Positions 34,649-43,379 of a DNA stretch of 43,379 nucleotides are shown one piece after another. Each line of letters begins with the position of its first letter. The first letter of the stretch is position 1. The DNA comes from an uncultured Ignavibacteriales bacterium (GTDB lineage Bacteria; Bacteroidota; Ignavibacteria; Tepidaquicellales; OLB5). Position numbers and translations under genes: made by a program. The stretch is from assembly GCA_964577645.1 (NCBI GenBank), contig CAZOAP010000002.1, positions 1 through 43,379 on the forward strand, in the 5' to 3' direction. The notes below the pieces were generated by a model. That model was given only the letters and a program-made list of their open reading frames with translations, was not told the origin of the DNA and made no database searches.

Positions 34649-34682
34649 TGCAGAGTCCTTCAAAAATCGAAGAGACTCTGCA
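34649..34682. repeat. 'tgcagagtc' hairpin repeat
   Basis: tgcagagtc cttcaaaaatcgaaga gactctgca, 36 nt after the trmB stop. Nearly identical to 33317-33350. Confidence 0.8.
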
Positions 34683-34698
34683 AAGTACATTATTAAAA

Positions 34699-34765
34699 TA
34701 ACACACCCCGCCCCTATGGGGCACCCTCCCGCCTTGGCGGGACAAGCTTCTCAAGAGGGGAATAT
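34699..34765. repeat. REP-like element (family aacacaccccg... ctcaagagggg)
   Basis: aataacacaccccgcccctatggggcaccctcccgccttggcgggacaagcttctcaagaggggaata. Its ends match 10164-10212. Confidence 0.65.
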
Positions 34766-34790
34766 TATTTTTATTAAACTAATTTTTTAA

Positions 34791-34875
34791 GTGACCACCC
34801 CTCATCCGGCATTCGCCGGATTCTACCCCTCCCTGTAAAAACCAGGTCTGCGACTTAAAAAAGGAGGGGAGCTAA
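34791..34875. repeat. REP-like hairpin element (second copy of the 3181-3250 family)
   Basis: gtgaccacccctcatccggcattcgccggattctacccctccc...aaggaggggagc. Confidence 0.7.
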
Positions 34876-34945
34876 TTCAAAACTTTTCTTAATTTAATCC
34901 TTATTTCAATATTTCATAACTCATAGCTTATTGTTAAATTTGAGT

Positions 34946-35620
34946 ATGCGGATACTCATTATAGAAGATGAAAAGAAGGTTGCTGATTTTATCAGGAAGG
35001 GGCTAGAGGAGCAGTCATATGTTGTTGATACGGCTGTGAACGGAGTAGAAGGTGAAAATCTAGCCGGATATAATGAATATGATGTGATAGTGCTAGATGT
35101 ATTGCTGCCCAAGCAGGATGGCTGGACTACATGTAAAAACATAAGGTTAAATGGGGTTAAAACCCCAATATTAATGCTTACTTCGCTGGGTGAAACTGAA
35201 GACAAGGTCAAAGGCCTGGATCTTGGCGCAGATGATTACCTTACCAAGCCTTTTGCATTTGATGAATTCCTTGCAAGGATACGGGCACTCATACGGCGGG
35301 GCGGAGGAGGAGAGGCAACTTTGCTTAAGCTTGCTGATCTTGAGCTTGAGCTGCTTGAAAGGAAAATTACCCGCGCAGGCAAAGAAATTCAGCTGACACA
35401 AAAAGAGTTTGCGCTATTGGAATACCTGCTGAGAAATAAAAAGAAGGTAATGACAAGGACTCAGATATCGGAACATGTTTGGGGAATTGATTTTGATACA
35501 GGCAGCAATGTAGTTGATTCATATATAAAAATGCTTCGCAAAAAAATTGATAAGGATTTTTCACCACAGCTTATACACACTATTGTTGGAGTAGGGTACG
35601 TAATGCGTGAAGAAAAATGA
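34946..35620 (+). CDS. OmpR-family response regulator (CusR/heavy-metal-type by similarity)
   Basis: MRILIIEDEKKVADFIRKGLEE..DVIVLDVLLP..DGW..PILMLTSLG..DKVKGLDLGADDYLTKPFAFDEFLARIRALIRRG is colinear with CusR/CopR as I remember it. I prefer the ATG at 34946 to the TTG at 34931. Confidence 0.9.
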   Translation: MRILIIEDEKKVADFIRKGLEEQSYVVDTAVNGVEGENLAGYNEYDVIVLDVLLPKQDGWTTCKNIRLNGVKTPILMLTSLGETEDKVKGLDLGADDYLTKPFAFDEFLARIRALIRRGGGGEATLLKLADLELELLERKITRAGKEIQLTQKEFALLEYLLRNKKKVMTRTQISEHVWGIDFDTGSNVVDSYIKMLRKKIDKDFSPQLIHTIVGVGYVMREEK

Positions 35621-37164
35621 ACACAGAAAGATCTGAAACAGTACAGAAGGAAAAATCATTTACCCAGCCTGTACTGAAGGATAAAATACAAGCCACGCCG
35701 CAGAAAAATTCATTTTGGCGGCTGTTCAAAACCATCAGGGGTAAATTAACTCTTTCATTTATAACAATATTCGGTATTACATTAATAATTTTCAGCTTTG
35801 TGCTTTATAATGTGTTTGCAAGGCAGAGCAGGGATGATTTTGATATTGTGATGACTGTACTGGCTTCATCAATTTCAGAAACGATAAGGGAGAACGGTAT
35901 TAACCAGGATATACTGAACGAGGTAAAGGAGTTCAACAATCCCGGACTCTCGGCATTCTACGGCTATACGCAGGTGTATAATTCCACAGAAACAATTGTG
36001 ATGCAGTCAACCCAGCTGAACGAGATCACATTGCCTGTATCAAGGGATCTGCTGATATCAGCATTAAACGGGCGGCGTGAAACTGCAACCGTATACAGCG
36101 ATGCACCCGCAGGGTTGTGGGATAAGCACGGGGCAAGGATGATCTACTTTCCCGCAACTCACCACCAGCATAAATATGTAGTAGTGCTTATTGCTCCGCT
36201 AAGCAGTGTGGAAACAATGCTCAGTAATTTAAGGCTGATAATTTTTATTGCAATTCCGGTAACACTACTGCTTGCATCGCTTGTTGGCTGGATATTTTCA
36301 AAACGCGCATATGCGCCGGTGGGTGAGCTTGTAAGCAAGGCAAATACTATCACAGCTGAAAAGCTGCACTCACGGCTTAAGGTAAGCGATGCAGATGATG
36401 AGATATCACACCTTGCTGAAACACTGAACAGTATGATAGAGCGCCTGGAGGAATCATTTAAAACATTAAAGCAGTTCACAAGTGATGCTTCTCATGAGCT
36501 CCGCACTCCGCTTACAATTATCAGGGGAGAAATTGAAGTAGCGCTTAAGAAGCAGAGGGAAAACACAGAGTACGAAAATATACTGAAGGATAACCTTGAG
36601 GAAGTAAAGCGTCTGCAGAATATTGTTGAAGGTTTATTGACGCTTAGCCAGTATGAAAATAACAGGATAGTTATTCAGCAGGAAAAAATAAACCTTGCTG
36701 ATATTGTAATTGAATCACTGACCAAAAGCCAGATACTTGCAGAGCGGAAAAATATCAAGCTCGTCTTAAAGCTTGAAGAAGATAACCCGGAGAACATTTA
36801 TATAACCGGTGATACAAGGAAGCTTCTGAATGTATTTTTGAACCTGTTTGATAATGCCATAAAATACTCCAATGATAACAGCGAAATATTATGTTATACT
36901 GGCAGAACAAAAAAAGAGGGCTATGCATTTGTTACGATAAAAGATGAAGGTATCGGAATCGGGGAGGAATCACTGAAGAATATTTTTGAGCGGTTTTACA
37001 GGGCTGATTCATCACGCACGCGGGGTGAGAGCTACAGCCTCGGGCTGGGACTATCCATAGTGAAGGCAGTAATTGAAGCGCATGGCGGCAGTATTGAAGT
37101 AAAGAGTGAAGAAGAAAAAGGCTCAGCATTTACTGTGTTCCTGCCCGTAAGCAATATGAATTAA
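35617..37164 (+). CDS. sensor histidine kinase (two TM segments, periplasmic domain, HAMP, HisKA, HATPase)
   Basis: 515 aa. Contains the H-box SHELRTPLT, an N-box (FLNLFDNAIKYS) and G-boxes (DEGIGI, GLGLSIVK). There is a 4-nt ATGA overlap with the regulator gene. Confidence 0.9.
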   Translation: MNTERSETVQKEKSFTQPVLKDKIQATPQKNSFWRLFKTIRGKLTLSFITIFGITLIIFSFVLYNVFARQSRDDFDIVMTVLASSISETIRENGINQDILNEVKEFNNPGLSAFYGYTQVYNSTETIVMQSTQLNEITLPVSRDLLISALNGRRETATVYSDAPAGLWDKHGARMIYFPATHHQHKYVVVLIAPLSSVETMLSNLRLIIFIAIPVTLLLASLVGWIFSKRAYAPVGELVSKANTITAEKLHSRLKVSDADDEISHLAETLNSMIERLEESFKTLKQFTSDASHELRTPLTIIRGEIEVALKKQRENTEYENILKDNLEEVKRLQNIVEGLLTLSQYENNRIVIQQEKINLADIVIESLTKSQILAERKNIKLVLKLEEDNPENIYITGDTRKLLNVFLNLFDNAIKYSNDNSEILCYTGRTKKEGYAFVTIKDEGIGIGEESLKNIFERFYRADSSRTRGESYSLGLGLSIVKAVIEAHGGSIEVKSEEEKGSAFTVFLPVSNMN

Positions 37165-37200
37165 ACATTTACCAAAAATAAACCTTTACAGCTATTTTCC

Positions 37201-37489
37201 TGAAATGAAAATTTTTTATAGGGCAGCCCTCACCCACTTCGAGTATGCGACTCGATCAACGATTCTTCGAATCTTTGATTCGTAGAAAGAGTCGTTGACC
37301 TAACCCCTCTCCCGGAGGGAGAGGGGAGCAAATACCTAAAATTTTCGGCTTAACTCCCCTCTCCTTTCAGGAGAGGGGCTGGGGGTGAGGTTATGGTCAC
37401 CTGCCGATGTTGGTGTTTTCACCAACATCTGGTATAAATTAATTTTAAATAATATTTTTTTGATGTTTACAGTGAAATGAAAATTTTTT
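37201..37489. repeat. cluster of five REP-like hairpins flanked by a 17-nt perfect direct repeat
   Basis: The direct repeat tgaaatgaaaatttttt occurs at 37201-37217 and 37473-37489. Between the copies are five hairpins: cgagt/actcg, tcaacga/tcgttga, cccctctccc-gga-gggagagggg, cccctctcct-ttc-aggagagggg and gatgttggtg-tttt-caccaacatc. Confidence 0.85.
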
Positions 37490-37590
37490 CATATCATTTT
37501 CATATGGTTTCCAGATGAGGGTTATATTTTTGTAACATAGAAATCAATAAGGGAATTAAAACCCCAATAACTAAAAGGAGTATAAAACTG

Positions 37591-37830
37591 ATGAACGCTT
37601 TAAAAAAATCTATGATGATTTTACTGGCAGCCATCCTGATCGCCGCAGCTCCTTTAAGCAGCACAATGTTTGCCTCAGAGAAATCAAAAACAGAGCAAAC
37701 AACTAAACACAAGCACAAAAAGCATAAAAAACACAAAAAATCAACAAAAACAACCACAAACGATAAGACTAAAGATAACAAAACAAACGGCAGCAACACA
37801 ACAAAAGATACAAAAACAAACAAAAAGTAA
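37591..37830 (+). CDS. possible small secreted Lys/Thr/His-rich protein
   Basis: 79 aa with a good Shine-Dalgarno sequence (aaaaggag) 9 nt upstream and a clear signal peptide (MNALKKSMMILLAAILIAAAPLSSTMFA). The rest is a low-complexity KHKHKKHKKHKK/T/N tail. Caveat: the A/C-rich low-complexity DNA continues past the stop codon. Confidence 0.5.
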   Translation: MNALKKSMMILLAAILIAAAPLSSTMFASEKSKTEQTTKHKHKKHKKHKKSTKTTTNDKTKDNKTNGSNTTKDTKTNKK

Positions 37831-37936
37831 CAAAAACGTAAAAATAGCAAAAACAATAAAATAACAACGTTTTTCATTAGGAAAGTTAGCTGTGGTGGCT
37901 AGGATGCGGCGGATAAGTACCCCCGCCGCTCACATA

Positions 37937-37972
37937 AAGCCTGTCAAAATTTAAAATTGACAGGCTTTTTTG
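37937..37972 (+). terminator. Rho-independent terminator
   Basis: aagcctgtcaa (37937-37947) / ttgacaggctt (37957-37967) 11-bp stem followed by tttt. Confidence 0.75.
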
Positions 37973-38266
37973 TTATATGGTAGCGGAAACATTTATATAA
38001 AAAATTACCCGTACTCCGGGTTTTTAACCTTTTAAATTATTTGATTTTCAGATATATTTACGGTTCAGCCTTTTAAATTTATACTATAACATTACAGGGT
38101 GTTAAAAGAAGTAATTACTTGTAAATGATAGTTTTGAACTTTATCTTTTTTTGTGAAAGATACGTTTGGTATGAATGCTGTTTAAAACTTTTGTTCGATA
38201 TAAAATTGTTGAATTTATTATATAAGCATTAAATATTTTTTAAAGAAAAGGAGTAGTACAATTAAC

Positions 38267-39544
38267 ATGTCTTTGTTGAAAGCAAAACTTGCTTCTCAAG
38301 TTCCGGATTTGAAAGATCGAGTACGGAATTTGGGAAAGAATTACGGTCAGAAGGTAATATCAGAAGTTTCGGTGGAACAGGTTTTAGGCGGAATGAGAGG
38401 AATAAAATCCCTGATATGCGATACATCAGAAGTGGGACTTGATTACGGTTTGGTAATCCGCGGTATCCCGATACTTGAGCTGACAGATAAGCTCCCCGAA
38501 GATGTATTATGGCTGATGTTAACAGGTGAACTTCCCACTGAGGAAGAATCAAAAGATCTGCAGCGCGAAATAAATGAAAGAATGGACGTTCCGGATTATG
38601 TATGGAATATCCTGAACGCATTCCCGGGCGATGCGCACCCCATGAATCTTTTAAGCGCGCTTGTTACAGCGCTTGGTTACGGCTCAAAGTTCAAAAAGGA
38701 ATATGATAAGGGTTTAAAGAAAGATCTTTACTGGGAATATACCCTTGAAGATTCACTTGACCTTATTGCAAAGATGCCTGTGATAGCAGCAGCAATTTAC
38801 AGAAAGAGATTCGGTAAAGGTGATATCATAAAGCCTAAGAAGGATCTTGACTGGGGTGCAAACTATGCATACATGCTTGGCATCGAAGGCAATATGGATG
38901 AGTGGTATAAGCTTATGAGAATGTACATGGTTGTTCACTGCGATCATGAAAGCGGAAACGTAAGCGCATTCACATCACACGTGGTTGGCTCAGCTTTAAG
39001 CGATGTATATTATTCACTCGCTGCGGGCCTTAACGGTCTAGCGGGTCCATTGCACGGACTTGCGAACCAGGAATGCCTGAAGTTCGTTCTTGAAACACTC
39101 GAGAAATTCGGCAAGGTGCCAACAGATGATGAGCTGAAGAGCTACGCAAAGGAAAGACTTGATAAAGGACTTGTTATCCCCGGTTACGGGCATGCTGTGT
39201 TAAGGGTAACTGATCCCCGTTTTACCGCATCGGTTGAGTGGGGCAAAAAAGTTATTCCAAACGATGACAGGTTTGTAATGGTTGAAAAATTATTCAATAT
39301 TGTACCTGATCTTTTAATTGAGCAGGGCAAGGCAAAAGACCCGTGGCCAAACGTTGATGCAGCTACAGGCGCGCTTTTATATCATTACGGTATAAAGGAG
39401 TTTGAATATTACACAGTGATATTCAGCGTATCAAGAGCGCTTGGAATATGCTCACAGCTTATCTTAAGCCGCGCAATGGGTGAGCCTATTACCAGGCCAA
39501 AATCAGTTACAATGCACTGGCTTGAAAAAGCAGTTACAAAATAA
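38267..39544 (+). CDS. gltA: citrate synthase
   Basis: 425 aa. Contains the catalytic blocks MVVHCDHESGNVS, GPLHGLANQE and IPGYGHAVLRVTDPRF. Confidence 0.95.
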   Translation: MSLLKAKLASQVPDLKDRVRNLGKNYGQKVISEVSVEQVLGGMRGIKSLICDTSEVGLDYGLVIRGIPILELTDKLPEDVLWLMLTGELPTEEESKDLQREINERMDVPDYVWNILNAFPGDAHPMNLLSALVTALGYGSKFKKEYDKGLKKDLYWEYTLEDSLDLIAKMPVIAAAIYRKRFGKGDIIKPKKDLDWGANYAYMLGIEGNMDEWYKLMRMYMVVHCDHESGNVSAFTSHVVGSALSDVYYSLAAGLNGLAGPLHGLANQECLKFVLETLEKFGKVPTDDELKSYAKERLDKGLVIPGYGHAVLRVTDPRFTASVEWGKKVIPNDDRFVMVEKLFNIVPDLLIEQGKAKDPWPNVDAATGALLYHYGIKEFEYYTVIFSVSRALGICSQLILSRAMGEPITRPKSVTMHWLEKAVTK

Positions 39545-39687
39545 AAAAAATTAAATTATAATATATCCTGGAAGAACAGACAGAAAATAACACTGCACCC
39601 GAAGAAACTGAACTTCATGAAGTAAATGAAGTTCAAAATTATGGTCACAGTGATGAAACATCCAAAGCAGGGGCTATAGCTTTTATT

Positions 39688-40701
39688 ATGCCTTTGCTTC
39701 TTTGTGTATTTTTGTTTGTTGGCTTTACACAGGAGCCCGTTAATAAAAAAAGTAAAAGACTTACCGAAGCTGAACAGGAAATTACCGAAGCAGATTCAAA
39801 AACACCGAAGATAAATTTTTCAGCGCTTCTGGCTGCTGAAGAATTTTCAAAGAACCTGCGCGATACAGTTTATACAAATGAAGATATGTGGCTGGAGCTT
39901 AGGATTGACCAGCAGGTGCTATATGTTCATTACCGCGATGGCAGGACAAAAACCTATAATGTATCCACAGGAAATAAAAATTTAAGCAAAGGCATTGAGT
40001 CACGACCCGGCCTGTTTGCTGTATTTCTGAAAGAGGAAATACACAAGTCCTCCCAGTTCAACAATGCACAGATGAATTACTATATGCCCTATAATATGGG
40101 AATAGGTTTCCATGGGTTGCCCGGCTCAGGTTACTATGGTTTCCTTGGCAAGCAGCCTTCATCGCACGGTTGTATCAGGATGAGAAATGAGGATGTAAAA
40201 GCTCTGTTTAAGGAAACGAAAATAGGAACAATTGTACTTGCGCACCGTGGACATACTAACCGTGTTGTAGCATTTGCACCAGAAGGATTTAAGAATGACG
40301 CTGAATACACCAAAGATGATTACATGAACATGCTTGCATATAATCTCGGTTCAATAATGGAAGGAAAGTACTTTATTAATCCGCCTAAGAGATTCATTTT
40401 AGACGGAACAGTACTGCCTAAGAGCGGAATAAATGTACTTTCAAACGAAGATATTCCTGAAAAGCAGATCCTTCCGTTTTCAATTGCAAAGATAGATATG
40501 AAGACTGACCTGCTGAATGATTCACGATATGGCACTTCTGCCGGCATCAAAGAGCCGGAAAACCTTTCCGAGCATTTTGGTGTTTCAATGAGTGATTCCG
40601 TTAGCCAGGGTAATGTGCAGCTGGCAGTTGCACCGGAAATGATAAAAAAGTATGTTTATAACCCGGTTGGCATATTGCCGTATTTTGCACCGAACAGATA
40701 A
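39688..40701 (+). CDS. L,D-transpeptidase (YkuD domain) protein
   Basis: 337 aa. GFHGLPGSG....SHGCIRM is the YkuD catalytic His/Cys motif. The N-terminal boundary is uncertain (see findings). Confidence 0.85.
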   Translation: MPLLLCVFLFVGFTQEPVNKKSKRLTEAEQEITEADSKTPKINFSALLAAEEFSKNLRDTVYTNEDMWLELRIDQQVLYVHYRDGRTKTYNVSTGNKNLSKGIESRPGLFAVFLKEEIHKSSQFNNAQMNYYMPYNMGIGFHGLPGSGYYGFLGKQPSSHGCIRMRNEDVKALFKETKIGTIVLAHRGHTNRVVAFAPEGFKNDAEYTKDDYMNMLAYNLGSIMEGKYFINPPKRFILDGTVLPKSGINVLSNEDIPEKQILPFSIAKIDMKTDLLNDSRYGTSAGIKEPENLSEHFGVSMSDSVSQGNVQLAVAPEMIKKYVYNPVGILPYFAPNR

Positions 40702-40728
40702 GTAATAACCAATAATTTAAGTAAGTAT

Positions 40729-41028
40729 ATGATAAAGCTAGTTGCAATGTATAAAACCCCGGCTGATATTGAAATGTTTGAAAAACATTACTTTGAAAAG
40801 CATATGCCTATAGTTGAAAAGATACCGGGGCTCTTAAGATCAGAAGTATCAAAGCTTAAGATATTACCGGGTACTGATTCCAATTACTATATGATGACTG
40901 AGATGTATTACGAGGATATGGATTCATTTAACGCAGCAATGGCAACACCTGAAGGCAAAGCATCGGCAAGGGATATAGTGAATTTTGCAAAAGATAACGT
41001 TGATTTCTTCATAGGTAAGATAAAGTAG
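40729..41028 (+). CDS. EthD-family protein
   Basis: 99 aa. MIKLVAMYKTPADIEMFEKHYFEKHMPIVEKIPGL matches the EthD / TIGR02118-type N-terminal pattern. Confidence 0.75.
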   Translation: MIKLVAMYKTPADIEMFEKHYFEKHMPIVEKIPGLLRSEVSKLKILPGTDSNYYMMTEMYYEDMDSFNAAMATPEGKASARDIVNFAKDNVDFFIGKIK

Positions 41029-41202
41029 ATTGTTTACATTTTAACTGTTTTTTAATGATTTTAGCAAAAAGTGGGCTTGTATTTATTTTCTTTTTTATCT
41101 ATAATGCAATCCCAACAGGCGTATAACAGGAACAAAATTTATACTTTTTGGGTATAAATTACAAAGAATTTAATAATAGTATCACATTTTAACGGAGGTA
41201 AT

Positions 41203-42000
41203 ATGGTTACCGATAATATTGAGGTCCTGCAGGATACAGGATACGGTGCATCAGAACTAAAGAAGACATATCAGAAGTATCTTCAGAGGGGTTTGATTTT
41301 TGCAATTCTTATCCATGGCTTTATAATTGGCACATATCTTTTTGCCAACTACATAAGCAAAATGGAAGAACAGAAAAAGACAGATATACAGCAGAGGATC
41401 ATCAATGTAAGCGATCTTGAGCCGCCGCCATCTGCAACAGATGAAGAGGAGCCGCCGCCGCCAAAAATTGAAGAACCGCCTGTTGCTCCGCCAAAAGATC
41501 TTACAGCTTTAACACCTGAGCCTGTTGCAAAGGAAAAAGCTGAAGAGCAGACAATTAAAACACAGCAGGAGCTTGAAGAAATTAAAGCGCCGGTTGGCAA
41601 TAACGATACAGGTAAATTCCAGTATTCAGGCAATATAAAGGTTGAAGAAAAGAAGATCGAAGAAAAGATAGAAAAGAAGGAAAAAGTAGTTGAAGAAAAA
41701 ACAGTATTCCAGTCTTTTGAAGTTGAAAAAGCTCCGGAGTGCGTTAACCTTTCACAGGTAAGATCTTCAATGAAATATCCTGAAATTGCAAGAGAAGCAG
41801 GCATGGAAGGCAGAGTAACTGTAAAAGTACTGGTTGGACCTGACGGTAATGTAATAAAAGTAGGTTCAGTAAGCGGACCCGATGTATTCCACGATGAAGT
41901 AAGGGATAAAGCTGCAAACCTGCAGTTCACCCCCGGCCTTCAGAACGGAAAACCCGTTAAGGTTTGGGTTACTGTACCGTTTAACTTTAAGCTGAATTAA
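41203..42000 (+). CDS. tonB: TonB-family energy transducer
   Basis: 265 aa with an N-terminal TM helix. It has a Pro/Glu/Lys-rich spacer (EPPPSATDEEEPPPPKIEEPPVAPP) and a TonB C-terminal domain (YPEIAREAGMEGRVTVKVLVGPDGNV...PGLQNGKPVKVWVTVPFNFKL). Confidence 0.85.
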   Translation: MVTDNIEVLQDTGYGASELKKTYQKYLQRGLIFAILIHGFIIGTYLFANYISKMEEQKKTDIQQRIINVSDLEPPPSATDEEEPPPPKIEEPPVAPPKDLTALTPEPVAKEKAEEQTIKTQQELEEIKAPVGNNDTGKFQYSGNIKVEEKKIEEKIEKKEKVVEEKTVFQSFEVEKAPECVNLSQVRSSMKYPEIAREAGMEGRVTVKVLVGPDGNVIKVGSVSGPDVFHDEVRDKAANLQFTPGLQNGKPVKVWVTVPFNFKLN

Positions 42001-42067
42001 TATTAAAGCCTGCATTATTATATAATAAGGCAGTAAATTTCAGCTTTAACAGGATGTGAAATATTAA

Positions 42068-42301
42068 TTGAAAGTATATAATTATTTTACAATAGGAATT
42101 TCCCTCATCTTTTTGGTGATGGGAATTCTTATTTTAACAGGTGCCTATAACACCGCAGAGCTTTTTAAAGGAAACGAATTTTTCCGCTGGATATTCGGGG
42201 GGATACTGGTTTTATACGGGATTTTCCGAGCCTGGAATGCATACATAAAAATGCAGAACCAGGACCGGAAATTAAGATATTACGACCGGGACGAAGAGTA
42301 A
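42068..42301 (+). CDS. small two-TM membrane protein
   Basis: 77 aa with a TTG start and two hydrophobic helices. It lies between tonB and the PstS-like gene. Confidence 0.4.
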   Translation: MKVYNYFTIGISLIFLVMGILILTGAYNTAELFKGNEFFRWIFGGILVLYGIFRAWNAYIKMQNQDRKLRYYDRDEE

Positions 42302-42334
42302 AACAAAATCCTCACAATAAATGTTTAATAATAT

Positions 42335-43276
42335 ATGAAAGCAGAAATTAAAATAATAATGCTGATAGCGGTACTGGCTGCCGTGACTGCATTTAACGGG
42401 TGTGACTATACCATTAAAAAATCTGTATCCACTTCCGGTGAGCTTACCGTTGGTGTTGATGAAGGCATATCCCCGGTAGTTAAGGAAGAAGCTTCTGAAT
42501 TCATGCGGCTTAATAACGAAGCCAAGGTTAACCTGCAGGTAAAAACCACAAAGGAAGTTATTGCAGATCTAAATAACGGAACATATAAAACAATTGTTGT
42601 AGGCCGCGACCTTACAAAAGAAGAAGCCGATATATTTGCCAATAATAAAATTGAAATAAAGAAAAGCTCATTTGCCCGTGACGGCATCGGTGTAATTGTG
42701 AATCCAAAGAACTTTGTGACAAAGCTAAACTACAATGAGCTAAAGCGTATCTTTACCGGTGAGCAGAAGGAATGGAACACGCTTGACGGTGATAATAAAG
42801 ATGTTTATACGGGAAAGATAAAAGTTTTTATTGCACGCAAGAACGCATCTATACATGATATCTTCAAACAAAGGGTTCTTGCAGGTGCAGAGTTCGGTCC
42901 CAACGATGTGATATGCAGTACATCAACACAGATGATGCAGGAAATCAAATCGAATGAAAATGCTATCGGATTTATTTCCATGGCGTGGATAACCGTATCA
43001 AACGATACACTGGATGAATCTGTGAAAGCTTTAAAAATAGCTGAAGTTGATCCCAACACAGGCGCAGTTGGCAATTATGTTGGGCTGCACCAGGGTTATA
43101 TAGCAAACAAAACATACCCGCTTTATACTGATGCATTTATTTTCACTACAGATTTTTCGATGAACCTATCAGTAGGATTTTCAAGCTTCATGGCATCCTA
43201 TGACGGGCAGAGGATTGTGCTGAAATCAGGGTTAGTACCCGTTACTCAGCCGGTGAAGATTATCCAGCTGAATTAA
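42335..43276 (+). CDS. PstS-family (PBP-like 2) substrate-binding protein
   Basis: 313 aa with a lipoprotein-like signal (..AVTAFNGC). FARDGIGVIVNPKN..LNYNELKRIFTGEQKEWNTL is the typical PstS/PhoT-family block. Confidence 0.75.
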   Translation: MKAEIKIIMLIAVLAAVTAFNGCDYTIKKSVSTSGELTVGVDEGISPVVKEEASEFMRLNNEAKVNLQVKTTKEVIADLNNGTYKTIVVGRDLTKEEADIFANNKIEIKKSSFARDGIGVIVNPKNFVTKLNYNELKRIFTGEQKEWNTLDGDNKDVYTGKIKVFIARKNASIHDIFKQRVLAGAEFGPNDVICSTSTQMMQEIKSNENAIGFISMAWITVSNDTLDESVKALKIAEVDPNTGAVGNYVGLHQGYIANKTYPLYTDAFIFTTDFSMNLSVGFSSFMASYDGQRIVLKSGLVPVTQPVKIIQLN

Positions 43277-43379
43277 GGAAAATTTACAGCTGTTACAATC
43301 ATTTACATCAAAAACAGCTTAAAACAGAAACATTAATAAGAGATTGAAGCTTAAATAATCAGAAACTATAAATTTAATA

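Noticed and set aside
37255-37300. tRNA-like T-arm sequence (ttcgaatc)
   Set aside because: It is part of a REP-type hairpin (tcaacga...tcgttga). No acceptor stem or anticodon arm can be drawn.
37500-37877. 125-aa minus-strand ORF and 64-aa + ORF (37670..37864) over the A/C-rich tract
   Set aside because: These are low-complexity artefacts (poly-Phe/Leu/Val, or Lys/Gln) of the A/C-rich DNA. Only the 37591 frame has a Shine-Dalgarno sequence and a signal peptide.
41349-41930. 193-aa minus-strand ORF
   Set aside because: It is antisense to tonB. The Ser/Gly-rich translation mirrors the Pro/Glu-rich TonB spacer.
1-43379. Mobile element, prophage or integron content
   Set aside because: No transposase, integrase, recombinase or phage structural genes are recognisable. 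The only mobility hints are the short REP-like repeats and one duplicated 17-mer.

Overview
This 43.4-kb window is a chromosomal segment of a non-enteric bacterium. It is probably an FCB-group organism (Ignavibacteria/Bacteroidota-like). The evidence is two proteins with T9SS-type C-terminal sorting domains, TTG/TAnnTTTG-type promoter candidates, a TonB gene followed by a PstS-like gene, and many short hairpin (REP-like) intergenic repeats. All calls come from reading the ORF translations and the DNA by eye; no database search was run.

Housekeeping genes that I recognise with confidence are prfA, a long class II B12-dependent ribonucleotide reductase (nrdJ), citrate synthase, trmB, ada, an M16 peptidase pair, an MFS transporter, an OmpR/CusR-like two-component system, an L,D-transpeptidase, TonB and a PstS-like binding protein.

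Accessory content:
- BrnT/BrnA and RelE-type toxin-antitoxin pairs.
- A small nucleotidyltransferase module.
- A very AT-rich two-gene island (28.3-30.7 kb).
- A pair of diverged T9SS BNR-propeller paralogs.

The most system-like unexplained locus is a four-gene operon at 11.8-16.05 kb. It encodes two D-Ala-D-Ala-ligase-like ATP-grasp enzymes, a minimal GNAT and a lysine 2,3-aminomutase. This does not match any beta-lysine pathway I know, and I propose it makes an acylated beta-lysine peptide or solute.

The non-coding DNA is unusually structured:
- A 2.5-copy 198-bp tandem array whose units look like self-contained small-RNA genes.
- Heptamer- and octamer-phased microsatellites inside the ATP-grasp operon.
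- A two-hairpin element with compensatory substitutions.
- Several hairpin repeat families.

I found no rRNA, tRNA, CRISPR array, transposase or integrase.
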